24,000 nt of DNA from Cenarchaeum symbiosum A (GTDB lineage: Archaea > Thermoproteota > Nitrososphaeria > Nitrososphaerales > Nitrosopumilaceae), in assembly GCA_000200715.1 (NCBI GenBank), contig DP000238.1, forward strand, positions 470,154 to 494,153, given 5' to 3'. Numbering within the stretch: the first letter of the stretch is position 1; each line of letters opens with the position of its first letter. This document shows positions 23,019 to 24,000 of the stretch, piece by piece. The notes beneath the pieces were generated by a model. It was given only the letters and a program-made list of their open reading frames with translations. It searched no databases and was not told the origin of the DNA. A program made the translations under genes and the position numbers.

Positions 23019-24000
23019 GTGAGGATTACCGTATCTGCGATAAAGGCGGACGTGGGCGGAATAGGCGGCCACACCCTGCCGAGCAGCGGGCTGCTGGACG
23101 CCGTCCGCAGGAAGGTGAGCTCGTCCTCCCTGCTCATAGACCACTACATCGGGTACTGCGGGGACGACGTCCACATAGTAATGACCCACACGCGGGGCAC
23201 CGACAACAGCGACATCCACAAGCTTGCATGGGATGCCTTTATGGAGGGCACGCGGGTGGCCAAGGAAGAGGGCCTGTACGGGGCGGGCCAGGACCTGCTG
23301 CGCGATTCATTTTCTGGCAACGTAAAGGGCATGGGCCCCGGCGTGGCCGAGCTGGAGTTCGAGGAGCGCGCAAACGAGGCGTTTACAGTATTTGCAGCAG
23401 ACAAGACAGAGCCTGGCGCATTCAACTATCCCTTTTACAGGATGTTCGTCGATTCACTTAGCAATACCGGCCTGATAGTAAACAAGTCGCTTGCAGAAGG
23501 CGTCGTCATAAACATAATGGATGTCTCAAAGGCCAGGACTGCGAGGCTGGTCCTCTGGGAGGACAAGCCGACAATAGAGGCAGCTCTGATGTACCCCGGC
23601 AGGTTTGTAGTATCTTCCGTAGAGACCCGGGACGGCGAGCCCATAGCATCCGCATCCACCGACAGGCTCCACAACATAGCGGGCACCTACGTGGGCAAGG
23701 ACGACCCCATCTGCCTTGTCCGGACCCAGAAGAGGTTCCCCGCTACCGAGGAGGCGGGCAGCTGCTTTAACAATCCGCATTATGTGGCGGGCAACACGCG
23801 CGGAAGCCACCACATGCCGCTGATGCCCGTGCGGCTCAACTCGCCGGCTAGCATAAACTTCTGCATACCGATAGTCGAGGCGCTAGTATTCAGCATGCAC
23901 GAAGGCAGGCTGACCGGCCCGTTCGACGGCTTCTCGACCCCCGACTGGGACGATGTGCGGAGGACCGCGACCCGGAGGGCGCACGCCATGCGGCGCCAGG
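23019..24000 (+). CDS. fbp: Fructose-1,6-bisphosphate aldolase/phosphatase (class V FBPase), 5' part; continues beyond the window
   Basis: This gene is not in the ORF track because it has no stop in the window. Hand translation of the frame from 23019 gives VRITVSAIKADVGGIGGHTLPS...DDVHIVMTHTRG...DKTEPGAFNYPFYRMF...YVGKDDPICLVRTQ...GNTRGSHHMPLMPV, with no stop through 24000. These are hallmark motifs of the archaeal bifunctional FBP aldolase/phosphatase. In-frame GTGs also occur at 23004 and 23010. Confidence 0.88.
   Translation, partial: MRITVSAIKADVGGIGGHTLPSSGLLDAVRRKVSSSSLLIDHYIGYCGDDVHIVMTHTRGTDNSDIHKLAWDAFMEGTRVAKEEGLYGAGQDLLRDSFSGNVKGMGPGVAELEFEERANEAFTVFAADKTEPGAFNYPFYRMFVDSLSNTGLIVNKSLAEGVVINIMDVSKARTARLVLWEDKPTIEAALMYPGRFVVSSVETRDGEPIASASTDRLHNIAGTYVGKDDPICLVRTQKRFPATEEAGSCFNNPHYVAGNTRGSHHMPLMPVRLNSPASINFCIPIVEALVFSMHEGRLTGPFDGFSTPDWDDVRRTATRRAHAMRRQ

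Overview
This is a compact, GC-rich (about 58-60%) archaeal chromosomal segment. The archaeal assignment rests on ribosomal protein eS30, the Nop5-fibrillarin pair, Trm1, a class V fructose-1,6-bisphosphate aldolase/phosphatase, an RPC34/TFE-beta-like protein, and A/T-rich TATA boxes centred about 25-28 nt upstream of most start codons (leaderless-mRNA grammar). A bacterial-type uvrB-uvrA-uvrC operon and the overall gene content fit a mesophilic, high-GC thaumarchaeon (Nitrosopumilales or Cenarchaeum-like); that lineage call is inference only. Gene order runs as follows: two paralogous promoter+hairpin small-RNA candidates and a hypothetical gene (1-890); uvrC/uvrA/uvrB (-); an SPPY-type DNA methyltransferase (-); a PNPOx-like protein, a luciferase-like oxidoreductase and an Fe-alcohol-dehydrogenase-family protein (-, gaps of 3-7 nt on the longest-ORF coordinates); rps30e (-); a roughly 0.8 kb low-GC islet with two unrecognisable ORFs; a large radical SAM protein (-); pyrD-pyrK (-); nop5-flpA (+); rnhB (-); a Dam-like (D12-class) DNA methyltransferase overlapping trm1 (+); rlmE (-), coupled by an ATGA overlap to an RPC34/TFE-beta-like gene that carries a KPAA-type tandem-repeat tail; a membrane-anchored exported protein (-); and the 5' part of fbp (+, not in the ORF track, runs off the window). 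No CRISPR array, transposase, integrase, rRNA or convincing tRNA was seen. The observations most worth following up are: (1) the duplicated 62-nt hairpin RNA, whose inter-copy substitutions preserve pairing; (2) the low-GC islet; (3) the histone-H1/AlgP-like repeat fused to the RPC34/TFE-beta-like module; and (4) two DNA methyltransferases with no nuclease partner. Many long ORFs in the track are antisense shadows typical of GC-rich DNA. Several track ORFs also appear 5'-extended, because their extension contains the gene's own TATA box.
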